The notes under the pieces: model-generated
The model's database searches: none
Told to the model about the DNA's origin: nothing
What the model saw: the letters and a program-made list of their open reading frames with translations, nothing else
In this document: positions 1 to 9,778 of the stretch, piece after piece
Numbering within the stretch: position 1 is the stretch's first letter
Layout: each line of letters starts with the position of its first letter
Assembly: GCA_964291285.2 (NCBI GenBank)
Contig: OZ219788.1
Coordinates: 96,001 to 160,000 of the forward strand
Length of the DNA: 64,000 nucleotides
Direction of reading: 5' to 3'
Source: Alphaproteobacteria bacterium
GTDB lineage: Bacteria; Pseudomonadota; Alphaproteobacteria; Bin95
Program-made: the position numbers and the translations under genes

Positions 1-227
1 ATACGGCAGGGCAACGGCATGAAGGGCTCGATCAGAGACCACTCAGCGTCGGTCAGATCGCTTGCATATCGTGGGCAGTCCCGCCGATACTCCCGGCGAG
101 CGGTTTCGGTCCAGGGCATTCGTGGCTCCGTTCAGATGCATAACCGAACTGAATCACAATCCCTTGAAACCGCTCAACTCTTTTTGGGTCAGGCTCTTAC
201 ATGCCAAGCCTGCCAGGCACTACAGAC

Positions 228-992
228 CTATTGCAGCGAATATTCCGCCTCTGAAACCGGCTTTCCCTCGGGATTGACGAGGCGCATGCGGCCGTTGCGG
301 TGCTGGAGGCTCAAGCGGTCGTCCCAGAACATCGGGCGCAGGAAGCGGATGGCGAGGTCGAGGCGCTCGGGTATGGCGTCCCCGGCAAGCGCGGCAACAT
401 AGTAGTGGATGCCCATGAGGCCCGCGGCTATCGGCGCCCGGAAGCCGTAGCGCGCCGCGATCTCGGGGTCGTTGTGGATCGCGTTGAGCGTATCGTCGCT
501 GTAAGCCGCCACGCCCTCCGGTGTCAGCCGATGTTCGGCGACCTGCTCGAAACCGTCTTCATCGGGAACAGGCGCGCCGCCCCCGCCGGGGCCCCGCTTG
601 CGCGCCGGGTCGGGTCTGAGCCCGGAGCGTTCCGTCTCGCAGACCTCCCTGCCCTCGCGGTCGCGGTAGCTGAACCGGCACCAGACCCGCCGCCCGCGCC
701 GCACGTCTTCTATCCGCGTGACCTCGCCCGTCACCGTCAGCGGCTCCTCCAGCCGCGCAGCGCGATGCAGGCGGAAGCGCTGCGTCATATGCACCTGCCC
801 CAGCAGCGAGATGCCGGACTCGTGCATGGCCTTGAGCGCGCCATGCCCGAGAAAGGTCGGATCCGCCAGGTCTCCGTAGCGCCCGGCGTCGATGCCCGCC
901 GCGCCGAGTTTCGCTTCCTGAAAGGCGCGTTCGACAGAGAACGCCACCGTCTCGAATGCGAACCCGGTCTCCAGCAGTTCATCCCCTTGCAT
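228..992 (-). CDS. MaoC-like double hot-dog fold dehydratase/hydratase
   Basis: C-terminal hydratase-2-like motif (YSDDTLNAIHNDPEIAARYGFRAPIAAGLMG); N-terminal hot-dog half (VHMTQRFRLHR..LTVTGEV); start overlaps the arsJ stop by 14 bp. Confidence 0.65.
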   Translation of the reverse strand: MQGDELLETGFAFETVAFSVERAFQEAKLGAAGIDAGRYGDLADPTFLGHGALKAMHESGISLLGQVHMTQRFRLHRAARLEEPLTVTGEVTRIEDVRRGRRVWCRFSYRDREGREVCETERSGLRPDPARKRGPGGGGAPVPDEDGFEQVAEHRLTPEGVAAYSDDTLNAIHNDPEIAARYGFRAPIAAGLMGIHYYVAALAGDAIPERLDLAIRFLRPMFWDDRLSLQHRNGRMRLVNPEGKPVSEAEYSLQ

Positions 993-2280
993 CGGCTTCG
1001 CCCTCCTGTCCTGCGTCGCTTCCGGCGCGGCGGGCGAGCGTGCTGGCGAAAATCCAACTCAGCGCCGCCATGCCGGCTGCCACCGCAAGGCTAGCGACCA
1101 GACCGCCCATCTGGAAGCTGAGGCCGGAGAGCAGCGTGCCGACAAGGCGCCCGGCTGCATTGGACATGTAATAGAAGCCGACATCCATCGTCACGCGCTC
1201 GGCGCGGCTCAAGGCGAGGATCAGGTAAGAGTGCAGCGAGGAGTTGAGGGCGAAGACGCCGCCGAAAGCGAGCAGTACCGCCACCAGCACTGCTGTCAGC
1301 GCCGCCCCCTCCATCGCCGCCGCGGCGATCGCCAGGAGGGCCGGGATGAGCGTCAGCGCGCCGACCCAGACCTGCGCCAGGCGGATGGCGTCGCGGACGC
1401 TCTTCTCCCGCGCGCGCAGCAGTCTCGGGGCCAGCGCCTGCACGGCCCCGTAGCCGACGATCCAGAGCGCCATGAAGCCGCCGACGAGGAAGAAGGCGGC
1501 GCGGTCGGAGTCCGGCGTGCCGTCGGACAGCACGGTGTAGAAATAGACCGGCAGCGCCACCACGAACCACACGTCGCGGGCGCCGAACAGGAAGAGGCGC
1601 GCCGCAGAAAGCCGGTTCACCAGCGGGCTTCTGGAGAACACTTCGCGGAACTTCGCCTTCCGGTCGCCGCGCGGCAGGCCCGCCGGCATCCAGACCATGA
1701 CGGCCGCGAGGATGACCGCCAGCACCGCCGCCATGCCGACCACCGCCGCCTCGAAGCCCGCAAGCGCAAGCAGCGCCGCGCCCAGCAGGAATCCGAGGCC
1801 CTTGACCGCGTTCTTCGTGCCCGTCAAGGTCGCCGTCCAGCGGAACAGCGCGCCCTGCTCGCTTGCCGGCGCGAGCAGCCTGACGGCGCTCTTGGCGCTC
1901 ATCTTGGAAAGGTCCTTGGCGATGCCGGAAAGCCCCTGCGCCGCCATGACGAAAGCGACGGAGAGCGCCGTCGTCCAGGCCGGGTCGAGCTGCGTCAGCG
2001 CGCAAAGCGCGGCGATCTGCAGGCCGAGCCCGGCATAAAGCGTCGAGGTGAGCCCGAAACGGGCTGCGACCCAGCCGGCGGAGAGGTTGGTCGCGATGCC
2101 CATGAACTCGTAAAGCAGGAAGAGGTAGGCCAGGTGGACGGGCGAGAAGCCGAGCGTGTGGAAATGCAGCAGCACAAGCATGCGGAGCGCGCCGTCGGTC
2201 AGCATGAAGGCCCAGTAGGCGGCGGTGACCGCGATATAGGCAGCCAGCGCGCCACGTCCGGCAGGAGGCTGCGCGTTCAT
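979..2280 (-). CDS. arsJ: Organoarsenical efflux MFS transporter ArsJ
   Basis: N-terminus YWAFMLTDGALRMLVLLHFHTLGFSP, plus KDLSKMSAKSAV, LFLFGARDVWFVVALPV and DVGFYYMSNAAGRL, all typical of ArsJ; ATGA-type overlap with the upstream GAPDH (start MNAQPP at 2280). Confidence 0.9.
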   Translation of the reverse strand: MNAQPPAGRGALAAYIAVTAAYWAFMLTDGALRMLVLLHFHTLGFSPVHLAYLFLLYEFMGIATNLSAGWVAARFGLTSTLYAGLGLQIAALCALTQLDPAWTTALSVAFVMAAQGLSGIAKDLSKMSAKSAVRLLAPASEQGALFRWTATLTGTKNAVKGLGFLLGAALLALAGFEAAVVGMAAVLAVILAAVMVWMPAGLPRGDRKAKFREVFSRSPLVNRLSAARLFLFGARDVWFVVALPVYFYTVLSDGTPDSDRAAFFLVGGFMALWIVGYGAVQALAPRLLRAREKSVRDAIRLAQVWVGALTLIPALLAIAAAAMEGAALTAVLVAVLLAFGGVFALNSSLHSYLILALSRAERVTMDVGFYYMSNAAGRLVGTLLSGLSFQMGGLVASLAVAAGMAALSWIFASTLARRAGSDAGQEGEADARG

Positions 2281-3290
2281 CCGAGGCTGTCCGACACGAG
2301 GCCGGCAATGTCGGCGAGGCGGCAGCTGTAGCCCCACTCATTGTCGTACCAGGCGTAGATCTTCGCCTGCGTGCCGTTCACCACCATGGTCGACGGCCCG
2401 TCCACGACGGCCGAGCGCGGGTCGCCCAGGAAGTCCGTCGAGACCAGCGGCCGCGGCTCATAGCCGAGGATTCCCTTGAGCGGCCCCTCCGCCCACTGCG
2501 CGAATAATGCGTTGATCTCGTCCGCGCCGCTCTCGCGAGCCAGTTCGAAGGTGCAGTCCGTCAGCGAGGCGTTCAGCAGCGGCACCCGCACCGCATGGCC
2601 GTTCAGCCGTCCCGCCAGCTCGGGATAAATGAGGCCGATGGCCGTGGCCGAGCCCGTCGTCGTGGGCACGAGCGCGTTCAGGGCCGAGCGTGCCCGGCGC
2701 AGGTCCCGGTGCGGGCGGTCCGCGATCGTCTGCGTGTTCGTCGCGCTGTGGACGGTCGTGATCGAGCCGTGGCGGATGCCGATCTCCTCATGCAGCACCT
2801 TCACCACCGGGGCCAGACAATTGGTGGTGCAGCTTGCCGCCGTCACCACATCGTGGCGCTCGGGATCGTAGAGCGCGTGGTTGACGCCGTAGACGAGGTT
2901 GAGCGCCCTCTCTTCCCTGACGGGTGCGGACACCACGACCTTGGCGGCCCCGGCGTCGAAATAGGGCCGGAGCGCTTCGATGTTCCTGAAGCGGCCGGTG
3001 CAGTCCACGACAAGGTCGATGCCGCGCGCCGCCAGCGGCAGGTCCCCGATGCGCTCCGCCCCGGCGATTTCGATACCGTGCCCGTTGACCGAGACCGCGC
3101 CCGGCCGGTGGTCGATCCGGGCGTCCCAGCGCCCGTGCACGGTGTCGAATTCCAGCAGATGCGCGTGGCAGGCGGCGTCGCCCAGCCTGTCGTTCGCCAG
3201 CACGACCTCGCCCAGCCGCCCGGCGCCGTCCATCGCCCGCAGGAACAGCTTGCCGATGCGCCCGAGCCCGTTGACCGCTATGCGCGCCAT
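2277..3290 (-). CDS. ArsJ-associated glyceraldehyde-3-phosphate dehydrogenase
   Basis: NGLGRIG Rossmann start, catalytic ASCTTNCL, WYDNEWGY; HLLEFDTVHGRW and DLRRARSA are typical of the arsJ-linked clade; directly upstream of arsJ. Confidence 0.9.
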   Translation of the reverse strand: MARIAVNGLGRIGKLFLRAMDGAGRLGEVVLANDRLGDAACHAHLLEFDTVHGRWDARIDHRPGAVSVNGHGIEIAGAERIGDLPLAARGIDLVVDCTGRFRNIEALRPYFDAGAAKVVVSAPVREERALNLVYGVNHALYDPERHDVVTAASCTTNCLAPVVKVLHEEIGIRHGSITTVHSATNTQTIADRPHRDLRRARSALNALVPTTTGSATAIGLIYPELAGRLNGHAVRVPLLNASLTDCTFELARESGADEINALFAQWAEGPLKGILGYEPRPLVSTDFLGDPRSAVVDGPSTMVVNGTQAKIYAWYDNEWGYSCRLADIAGLVSDSLG

Positions 3291-3366
3291 CGCTCCAACC
3301 CCGGGTTTGCGGAACGAGGCGACCCTAAGTGCGGTTTATGAAATTCCGGTTGCAGCGCCGCCCCGG

Positions 3367-5685
3367 TCAGCGCGGCCAGTCGTCCTCGCGGTAAATGAAC
3401 ATCGGGCTGCTCCACGCCTGGAAGCCGTCCTCGGTGAACACCGACACCCAGAGGGGATTGTCGCCCTTCGCCGCGAGCGGCACCTCCAGCTCGGTCGAGA
3501 ACTCCCGGCAGGAGAGTTCCTCCGGCAGCCGGAACACCCTGATCCGCCGCTCCAGGCCGCCCGCTTCCATGACCCAGTCCTCCAGGCCGATCTCGGCGAG
3601 CGGATGGTCGAGCGCGCCGAGATTGCTCGTCAGGTGGAACATGCTGTCCGGCGTCTCGTCGAGCCACACGTCGAAGCCGCCGAAATTGCCCGTGGTGATG
3701 GCGTCGAACACGACCGTGTCCGCTCCCCTCCGCTCCAGCAGGCGTTCCTTGTTCCAGGCGTTGACGGGCTCCATGCGCAGGATCGACGCATGCTGGAAGC
3801 GCGCCCGGCCCTTCCAGTTGGTCTCGCGCCCGCGCCCCCTGTATTCGGCGCCGGACCACAGCACGCGGATGCGCGACCCGAGCGCGTCCGCGCCGTGCGG
3901 GCGGAGCGTGCGGACGACCTCCGTGCCGTTGCGGACCTCGATCCGCTCGATGGGCGCCTGGGTCACGACCTCGAGCGACAGCGTGACGGCCTCATCGTCG
4001 GTCTGCGCGATGTCGCCCATCATGATCCCGCCGACCGGCCGCGCCTCTTCGCCCTCGAAGGCGTGCGGGTCGCGCTCGAACAGGTTGCCGCCGGTCGCGA
4101 ACCGGGCGCGCACGTCGAGATGCATCCGGGTGCCGGTGGTGCCGTAGGTGTGGCGGCGCTGGACGGCGTCCATGATGCCGTCGCGGCTGAGCTCCGTCGC
4201 ATAGAAGCAGGTGAGCCCGCCATAGGCCCCGAAGGTGGAGGCGCCTGGATAGCTGGCGCCCGGCCTGCCCTTGTGGCCGTCGCTGTTGCAGACCACGCCC
4301 GAGCGGTGCCCGAGCGGGAAGCCGTCGGTCAGCAGCCACTCGAAGGTGCCCCAGGCCGAGTGGATCTCCATTGCGGCTTCCCGGCGCGGGTCGTGCGCAT
4401 AGGCGATGTCGGCGTAGCGGCCGCCCACATGCGCGTAGATGAAGCAGTCCTCCCCGGCCAGCATCTCGAACAGGCGGTTGGCGTTGGGCGCGTCCGTGTC
4501 GAGGTCGGAGCGGTCGGTCAGCAGGGCGTGCGAGGAGCGGTGGATCGGCCGGCCCTCGCTGCGGAAATAGACGTTGCGGTCGCCGCCGACAGCCGTGTTG
4601 CCGGACCATTCGTAGCCGGGGAAGGTGACGAAGCGGCCCTCCTCGTGGTGCTCCGCCGTCAGCTCGTTCACATGCTCCCAGAAGGTGTTGTTGACCTGGA
4701 AGTCGTTGGCCTGGTGGGCGGTCGCGTCGAGGAAGGACTTGTTGCGGGCGAAGTCGAAATACTGCCGCGCCGTGGTGATGCCGATGCTCTCGCCGCTCTG
4801 CCCGTGCAGGTCGCCCCAATAGCCGCCGAACGGGCCGTCCCGGACGACGAGGGGATGCGATTCCGCCGCAAGCCGCCCTTCCTCGTCGCGCACGGCGATA
4901 CGCAGAATGCCCGGCTCGGCGACGGTGAGGCCCTCGAAACAGATCGACTTGCGCCCCGGCGGGTAATCGACCTCTACCGGCAGGCCGGCCACCGGCATCG
5001 TGCATTCCAGCGTGAACCGGCCGCTCGCCCGGTCGGTCGGGTTGCCCCAGACATCCTCGGCCTTCAGTCCGAACTGGAACCGTTCGCCGGGGCGGCGGAG
5101 CGACGGCAGCACCGCGCGCCAGCAGACCGGCGGCCCCGGCACGACGGAAATCGCCGGCGAATTCGGGATCGGCACATGGTGGCCGACGGCGCAGACATCG
5201 GCGAGGACGCGGAACTGGAAATCCATTTCCACCATCGTCTGCATCCGCATGCCGGGCGAGCCGCCGGAGGTGTCGCCGAAGGTGATGTGGATGGCGTCGC
5301 CCTCGCGCAGGAAGCCGCCCATGACATGCGCCGTCAGCGCCTTCCAGCGCGGCCGGGGCGCGCCGTGCGAAACGTAGGAGAGCCGGATCGGCACGCCCTT
5401 GCTGGAGCGCGCGGTGACGTAGTTGTAGCCGGCGGGGTCGTCCATCTGCAGCCCGCCCCAGTCCCCAAGCGAGCGGAACGAGACCCGGATACTGCCCGTG
5501 TCGTCGAGGCCGTAGCGCCCGACCGTATAGACCAGCTCGAAGGTCTGGAGGCTGCGGACCTCGACCGGGTCGTTCGGGCGGAGCTCCGCATAGCCGTAGA
5601 GCACCGGGTCCGCGCCCGGCTGCACCGCCGGCCAGGCCTCGCCCATCATCTCGTCCGCAAGCGGCCCGTCCCTGAATTCCTTCAT
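3367..5685 (-). CDS. DUF3604-like / PHP-fold putative metallohydrolase
   Basis: Motifs WGDLHGQSGES, HQAND, FPGYEWSGN, HVGGR, EIHSAWG, NSDGHKGRPG, YGTTG and C-terminal AWSSP; start chosen at MKEFRDG. Confidence 0.6.
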   Translation of the reverse strand: MKEFRDGPLADEMMGEAWPAVQPGADPVLYGYAELRPNDPVEVRSLQTFELVYTVGRYGLDDTGSIRVSFRSLGDWGGLQMDDPAGYNYVTARSSKGVPIRLSYVSHGAPRPRWKALTAHVMGGFLREGDAIHITFGDTSGGSPGMRMQTMVEMDFQFRVLADVCAVGHHVPIPNSPAISVVPGPPVCWRAVLPSLRRPGERFQFGLKAEDVWGNPTDRASGRFTLECTMPVAGLPVEVDYPPGRKSICFEGLTVAEPGILRIAVRDEEGRLAAESHPLVVRDGPFGGYWGDLHGQSGESIGITTARQYFDFARNKSFLDATAHQANDFQVNNTFWEHVNELTAEHHEEGRFVTFPGYEWSGNTAVGGDRNVYFRSEGRPIHRSSHALLTDRSDLDTDAPNANRLFEMLAGEDCFIYAHVGGRYADIAYAHDPRREAAMEIHSAWGTFEWLLTDGFPLGHRSGVVCNSDGHKGRPGASYPGASTFGAYGGLTCFYATELSRDGIMDAVQRRHTYGTTGTRMHLDVRARFATGGNLFERDPHAFEGEEARPVGGIMMGDIAQTDDEAVTLSLEVVTQAPIERIEVRNGTEVVRTLRPHGADALGSRIRVLWSGAEYRGRGRETNWKGRARFQHASILRMEPVNAWNKERLLERRGADTVVFDAITTGNFGGFDVWLDETPDSMFHLTSNLGALDHPLAEIGLEDWVMEAGGLERRIRVFRLPEELSCREFSTELEVPLAAKGDNPLWVSVFTEDGFQAWSSPMFIYREDDWPR

Positions 5686-5846
5686 GCTCGGCTCCCGGTT
5701 TCCGTCAGTGCGGGTTCCGCCCCGTCCCGCGCCACTCATAGCCGACCCGCGCGCCGGCGGCAAAGGCGGCCGGGCTTCGTTTCCGGCCCCGGCGCATCGC
5801 CTCTATAGTCGCCGGCGCAACCGCCCGGCGGGAGGCTCGGGGAGCC

Positions 5847-6503
5847 ATGATCCACTACACCTACTGGCGCAGCACGGCCGCCTACCGGGTGCGCATCGCG
5901 CTCAACCTCAAGGGCGTGCCCCACGAGTCCGCCTATGTGCATCTCTCGCGCGGCGGCGGCGAGCACAAACAGGCGGCCTACCGCGCGAAGAACCCGCAGG
6001 GCCTGGTGCCGGCGCTGGAGGTGGACGGGACGGTCTTCGGGCAGTCGCTCGCGATCCTCGAATATCTGGAGGAGACGCACCCCGAGCCGCCGCTCCTGCC
6101 GAAGGACCCGGTCGAGCGCGGGCGCGTGCGGGCGCTCGCCGGCCTGATCGCCTGCGACATGCACCCGGTGAACAACCTCCGCATCCAGATCTACCTCCGC
6201 CGGCAGATGGGATGCAGCCAGGACCAGGTGCTCGCCTGGTACCGGCACTGGATCGCGGAAGGCTTCGGCGGCATCGAGCCGGAACTCGCCCGGACGGCGG
6301 GCACATGCTGCTTCGGCGACACCATCTCCATGGCGGATGTCTGCCTCATCCCGCAGGTCTTCAACGCCCGGCGCTTCGACTGCGACCTCTCGGCCTACCC
6401 GAACATCACCGCCATCGACGCGCGGCTCTCCGCCCACCCGGCCTTCAGGGCCGCCGAGCCGCTGGCGCAGGAAGACGCCGAGCCGGATAACGACCCCGGC
6501 TGA
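5847..6503 (+). CDS. maiA: Maleylacetoacetate/maleylpyruvate isomerase (zeta-class GST)
   Basis: YWRSTAAYRVRIALNLKG, NPQGLVPAL, QSLAILEYLEE, IACDMHPVNNLR, ADVCLIPQVFNARRF. Confidence 0.85.
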   Translation: MIHYTYWRSTAAYRVRIALNLKGVPHESAYVHLSRGGGEHKQAAYRAKNPQGLVPALEVDGTVFGQSLAILEYLEETHPEPPLLPKDPVERGRVRALAGLIACDMHPVNNLRIQIYLRRQMGCSQDQVLAWYRHWIAEGFGGIEPELARTAGTCCFGDTISMADVCLIPQVFNARRFDCDLSAYPNITAIDARLSAHPAFRAAEPLAQEDAEPDNDPG

Positions 6504-6552
6504 CGGCAACGACAACAATCGTTCATTACGGAACTTCCGGAGGCCCTGCCCC

Positions 6553-7542
6553 ATGAACCGGCGACGCTTCGGCCGTACGAATATCGGGATTTCGGAACTC
6601 ACCCTCGGCGGCGGCTTCGTCGGCGGCCTGCTGCTGCACAAGCCGGACGAGGTGAAGCGGGAGTGCATCGCGGCCTGCCTCGACGCGGGCATGAACTGGA
6701 TCGACACCGCGGCCGACTATGGCGGCGGCGAGTCCGAGAAGGCGATCAGCTGGCTGGTCGGCGAACTGCCGGCGGACAGGCGCCCGCATATCAGCACCAA
6801 GGTCCGGCTCGACGCCTCGCGGCGCGACAATTTCCCGGACCAGGTGCGCGCGTCGATGGAGGGCAGCCTCGAACGCCTCAAGGTTGACCGGGTGGACCTG
6901 CTGATCCTCCACAACCCGCTCGTGCCGGAGCCCGACAGCGCAACGCTGACGCTCGACGAGGCGCTCGGCGTCATGGACTGCTTCGACGAACTGCGCGGCG
7001 AGGGGCTGTTCGACCATGCGGGCTTCACCGCGCTCGGCGACGGGCCGACCGTCCGCGCCGCCATCGCATCCGGGCGCTTCGACATGGCGCAGGTCTATTA
7101 CAACATGCTGAACCCGACGGCCGGCTTCTCGCTCGGCGGCGGGACGGGCGCCGGCTGGTCGGACTCGGACTTCACCGGCCTGCTGGACGCCTGCCGGGAG
7201 CATGATGTCGGGGTGATGAACATCCGCATCTTCGCGGCCGGCGTGCTGGCGGCGGACGAGCGCCACGGGCGCGAAATCCCGATCACCGCCAATGCCGGAA
7301 TGGAGGCGGAGGAAGCCCGCGCCCGCGCGGTGCTCGATGCCCTCGGAGAACGCGGCGAAACCCGTTCGCAGACGGCGATCCGGTTCGGCCTCAGCCATCC
7401 CGCTGTCTCGACGGTGGTGTTCGGCGTCGCCGAGATGGCGCATGTCCGCCAGGCGCTCGCGGCCCCCGGCCTCGGGCCGCTGGAGGAGGACGCGCTCGCC
7501 GCGCTCCGCCGCGCCTGGACCTCCGATGCCTTCCGCGGTTAG
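6553..7542 (+). CDS. Aldo/keto reductase
   Basis: RRFGRT..ISELTLG, G.NWIDTAADYG.GESE, ISTK, SLERLKVDRVDLLILHNP. Confidence 0.85.
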   Translation: MNRRRFGRTNIGISELTLGGGFVGGLLLHKPDEVKRECIAACLDAGMNWIDTAADYGGGESEKAISWLVGELPADRRPHISTKVRLDASRRDNFPDQVRASMEGSLERLKVDRVDLLILHNPLVPEPDSATLTLDEALGVMDCFDELRGEGLFDHAGFTALGDGPTVRAAIASGRFDMAQVYYNMLNPTAGFSLGGGTGAGWSDSDFTGLLDACREHDVGVMNIRIFAAGVLAADERHGREIPITANAGMEAEEARARAVLDALGERGETRSQTAIRFGLSHPAVSTVVFGVAEMAHVRQALAAPGLGPLEEDALAALRRAWTSDAFRG

Positions 7543-7551
7543 GGCAGGGCG

Positions 7552-8817
7552 TTGACCGCCGGGCGCACGGACTACGACGTCATCGTCGCCGGCGGCGGGT
7601 CCGCCGGCGTGGCGGCCGCCGTCGCCAGCGCGCGCATGGGCGCCCGAACGCTCCTTGTCGAGCGCTACAACTGCCTCGGCGGCGCGGCGACGATGCGCAA
7701 TGTCGTCACCTATTGCGGCCTCTACACGCTCGGCGAGACGCCGCGCCGCGTCGTCGGCGGCATCGGCGAAGAGGTCATGCAGGGCCTGCGCCGGCAGGGC
7801 GCCGTGGACGGGCCGCACCGGCATCGCGGCGTCTTCGTCACCTTCGAGCCGGAAGCGGTGAAGCCTGTCCTCGACGGCCTGGCCGCGGCGGCCGGCGTGA
7901 CCGTGATGTTCTCCGGTTTCGTCGCCGACGCAGAACGGCGCGGCGGCCGGATGCGCAGCGTCACCGTCGCCGGCCATTCGGGGCTGGAGACCTTCGCCGC
8001 CAGAGCCTTCGTGGACTGCACGGGCGAAGGCGACCTGGCGGCCTTCGCCGGCGCCAGCACCCGCTACGGCAACGGCGCGGACGTCAATCTCGGCACGCTC
8101 GGCACGCGGTTCGGCGGCATCCCGCGCTCCGTTCCCGTCACGGCCGAGCGCATTGCCGACGCGGTGGCGGGGCTGGGGGCGAGGGCGGCCTCCGTCACCA
8201 AGGACCGCAGCGTCGTCGCCCGCCTGCCTATATCCGGCGATGTCGTCGTGTATCTCGCCTCGGAGGACTACGACCCGCGCGACAGCCTCTCCATGTCGGC
8301 CGCGGAGGCGCGCGGCCGGCAGCAGGCCTGGGTTTATCTGGACGCGCTGCGGACCGTCGAGGACTGCGGGAACGCTTACCTCGTCGCCACGGGCCCGGAG
8401 TTCGGCACGCGCGAGTCGCGCCATCTCAACTGCCTGCGCCAACTCGCCTGGGCCGACATCGGGAACCGCGCCCGGTTCGACGACTGCATCGCGCTCGGCG
8501 GCTGGGGCGCGGAATGGCACGACCGCGCCACCTGGGAGAGCACCTACGACTACCCGCCGGACCGGGGGGCATACGAGATACCGCTCGGCTGCCTGCGCAG
8601 CGCGGACACGGCCAACCTGTTCTGCGCCGGGCGCCTCGCCGACGGCGACCGGAAGGCCGGCGCCGCCATCCGGGTCATGGGCACCGCCTTCGCCACCGGC
8701 CAGGCCGCCGGCGTCGCGGCCGCGCTCGAAGCCGACGGCCGCTTTGCGGTCTCCGCCGTGCAGGCCGCGCTGAAGCAGCAGGACGCCATCCTCGACCCCG
8801 CCGACATCCAGGGGTGA
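7552..8817 (+). CDS. FAD-dependent oxidoreductase (FAD_oxidored family)
   Basis: YDVIVAGGGSAGVAAAVASARMGARTLLVER, FVDCTGEGDLAAFAGA, TRESR, YEIPLGCL, RVMGTAFATGQAAG. Confidence 0.8.
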   Translation: MTAGRTDYDVIVAGGGSAGVAAAVASARMGARTLLVERYNCLGGAATMRNVVTYCGLYTLGETPRRVVGGIGEEVMQGLRRQGAVDGPHRHRGVFVTFEPEAVKPVLDGLAAAAGVTVMFSGFVADAERRGGRMRSVTVAGHSGLETFAARAFVDCTGEGDLAAFAGASTRYGNGADVNLGTLGTRFGGIPRSVPVTAERIADAVAGLGARAASVTKDRSVVARLPISGDVVVYLASEDYDPRDSLSMSAAEARGRQQAWVYLDALRTVEDCGNAYLVATGPEFGTRESRHLNCLRQLAWADIGNRARFDDCIALGGWGAEWHDRATWESTYDYPPDRGAYEIPLGCLRSADTANLFCAGRLADGDRKAGAAIRVMGTAFATGQAAGVAAALEADGRFAVSAVQAALKQQDAILDPADIQG

Positions 8818-8835
8818 AGGACGCGAAAGGCGGGG

Positions 8836-9759
8836 CTATTCCTTCGGCGCGGCGATCAGGCCGTAATGCTGCGGCTGGCGGTGCAGGGCGAAATCGAAAA
8901 TCTGCCGGCGGATTTCGTCGCAGCGGTCAAGGTCGCAATCGGCGACGACCACCTCGTCGCCGACGCCCTGCGCCATGGCGACGATCTCGCCCGTCGGCGC
9001 GACGATGACGCTCTGGCCGATGAGCTCGCAGCCCTCCTCCCGGCCCGCCTTGGCGACACCCACCACCCAGTTGCCGTTCTGGTAGGCCCCGGCCTGCATG
9101 GAGAGGTGGTTGTGGAACCACATCAGGTGGTCGTGCTCGGGCACCGGCGGGTTGTGGGTCGGGGTGTTGTAGCCGAGCATCACCAGTTCGACCCCTTGCA
9201 GGCCCATCACCCGGTAGGTCTCCGGCCAGCGGCGGTCGTTGCAGATGCACATGCCCATCCTGCCGCCGAACGCCTCGAACACCGGGAAGCCGAGGTCGCC
9301 CGGCTCGAAATAGGCCTTCTCCAGATGCTGGAAGGGCCGCCAGGGCTCATGCTCGGCATGGCCGGGCAGATGGACCTTGCGGTATTTGCCGACGATCCCG
9401 CCCTTGCCGTCCACCAGGATCGAGGTGTTGAAGCGCCGCTTGCCGCCGCCCGGCTCCCGGACAAGCTCGGCATAGCCGAGATAGAAGCCGACCCCGAGTT
9501 CCGCCGCCAGCTCGAACAGCGGGCGCACCGCCGCGTTCGGCATTTCGGTCTCGTAGAAGGCGTCGAGTTCGGCTTCGTCCTCAAGGTGCCAGCGCGGGAA
9601 GAAACTGGTGAGCGCGAGTTCGGGAAAGACCACGATCTTCGCGCCCCTGGCATGGGCCTCGCGCATCATCTCCGACATGCGGGCAACGCAGGACTGGCGC
9701 GACTCCTCGCGGGCGATGGGCCCCATCTGCGCGGCGGCGACGCCTAGTTTCCGGGCCAT
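8836..9759 (-). CDS. N-carbamoyl-D-amino acid hydrolase (nitrilase superfamily)
   Basis: Catalytic E-K-C in FPELALTSFFPRW, YRKVHLPGH, CICNDRRWPE; GYNTP and QAGAYQNG are DCase-type motifs. Confidence 0.85.
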   Translation of the reverse strand: MARKLGVAAAQMGPIAREESRQSCVARMSEMMREAHARGAKIVVFPELALTSFFPRWHLEDEAELDAFYETEMPNAAVRPLFELAAELGVGFYLGYAELVREPGGGKRRFNTSILVDGKGGIVGKYRKVHLPGHAEHEPWRPFQHLEKAYFEPGDLGFPVFEAFGGRMGMCICNDRRWPETYRVMGLQGVELVMLGYNTPTHNPPVPEHDHLMWFHNHLSMQAGAYQNGNWVVGVAKAGREEGCELIGQSVIVAPTGEIVAMAQGVGDEVVVADCDLDRCDEIRRQIFDFALHRQPQHYGLIAAPKE

Positions 9760-9778
9760 GGCGCTCTCCTTGCAGGCG

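Noticed and set aside
1-227. Lower-GC stretch with short ORFs (19-402, 62-277) at the window start
   Set aside because: No recognisable protein or RNA motif. It is probably an intergenic or promoter region of a gene outside the window.
2980-5808. 942-aa plus-strand ORF, and many similar long antisense or alternate-frame ORFs (e.g. 41280-43823, 28094-30403, 54383-56749, 45439-47679)
   Set aside because: They are shadows of well-supported genes on the opposite strand. Stop codons are scarce at this GC content, and the translations are Arg/Ala/Pro-rich with no motifs.
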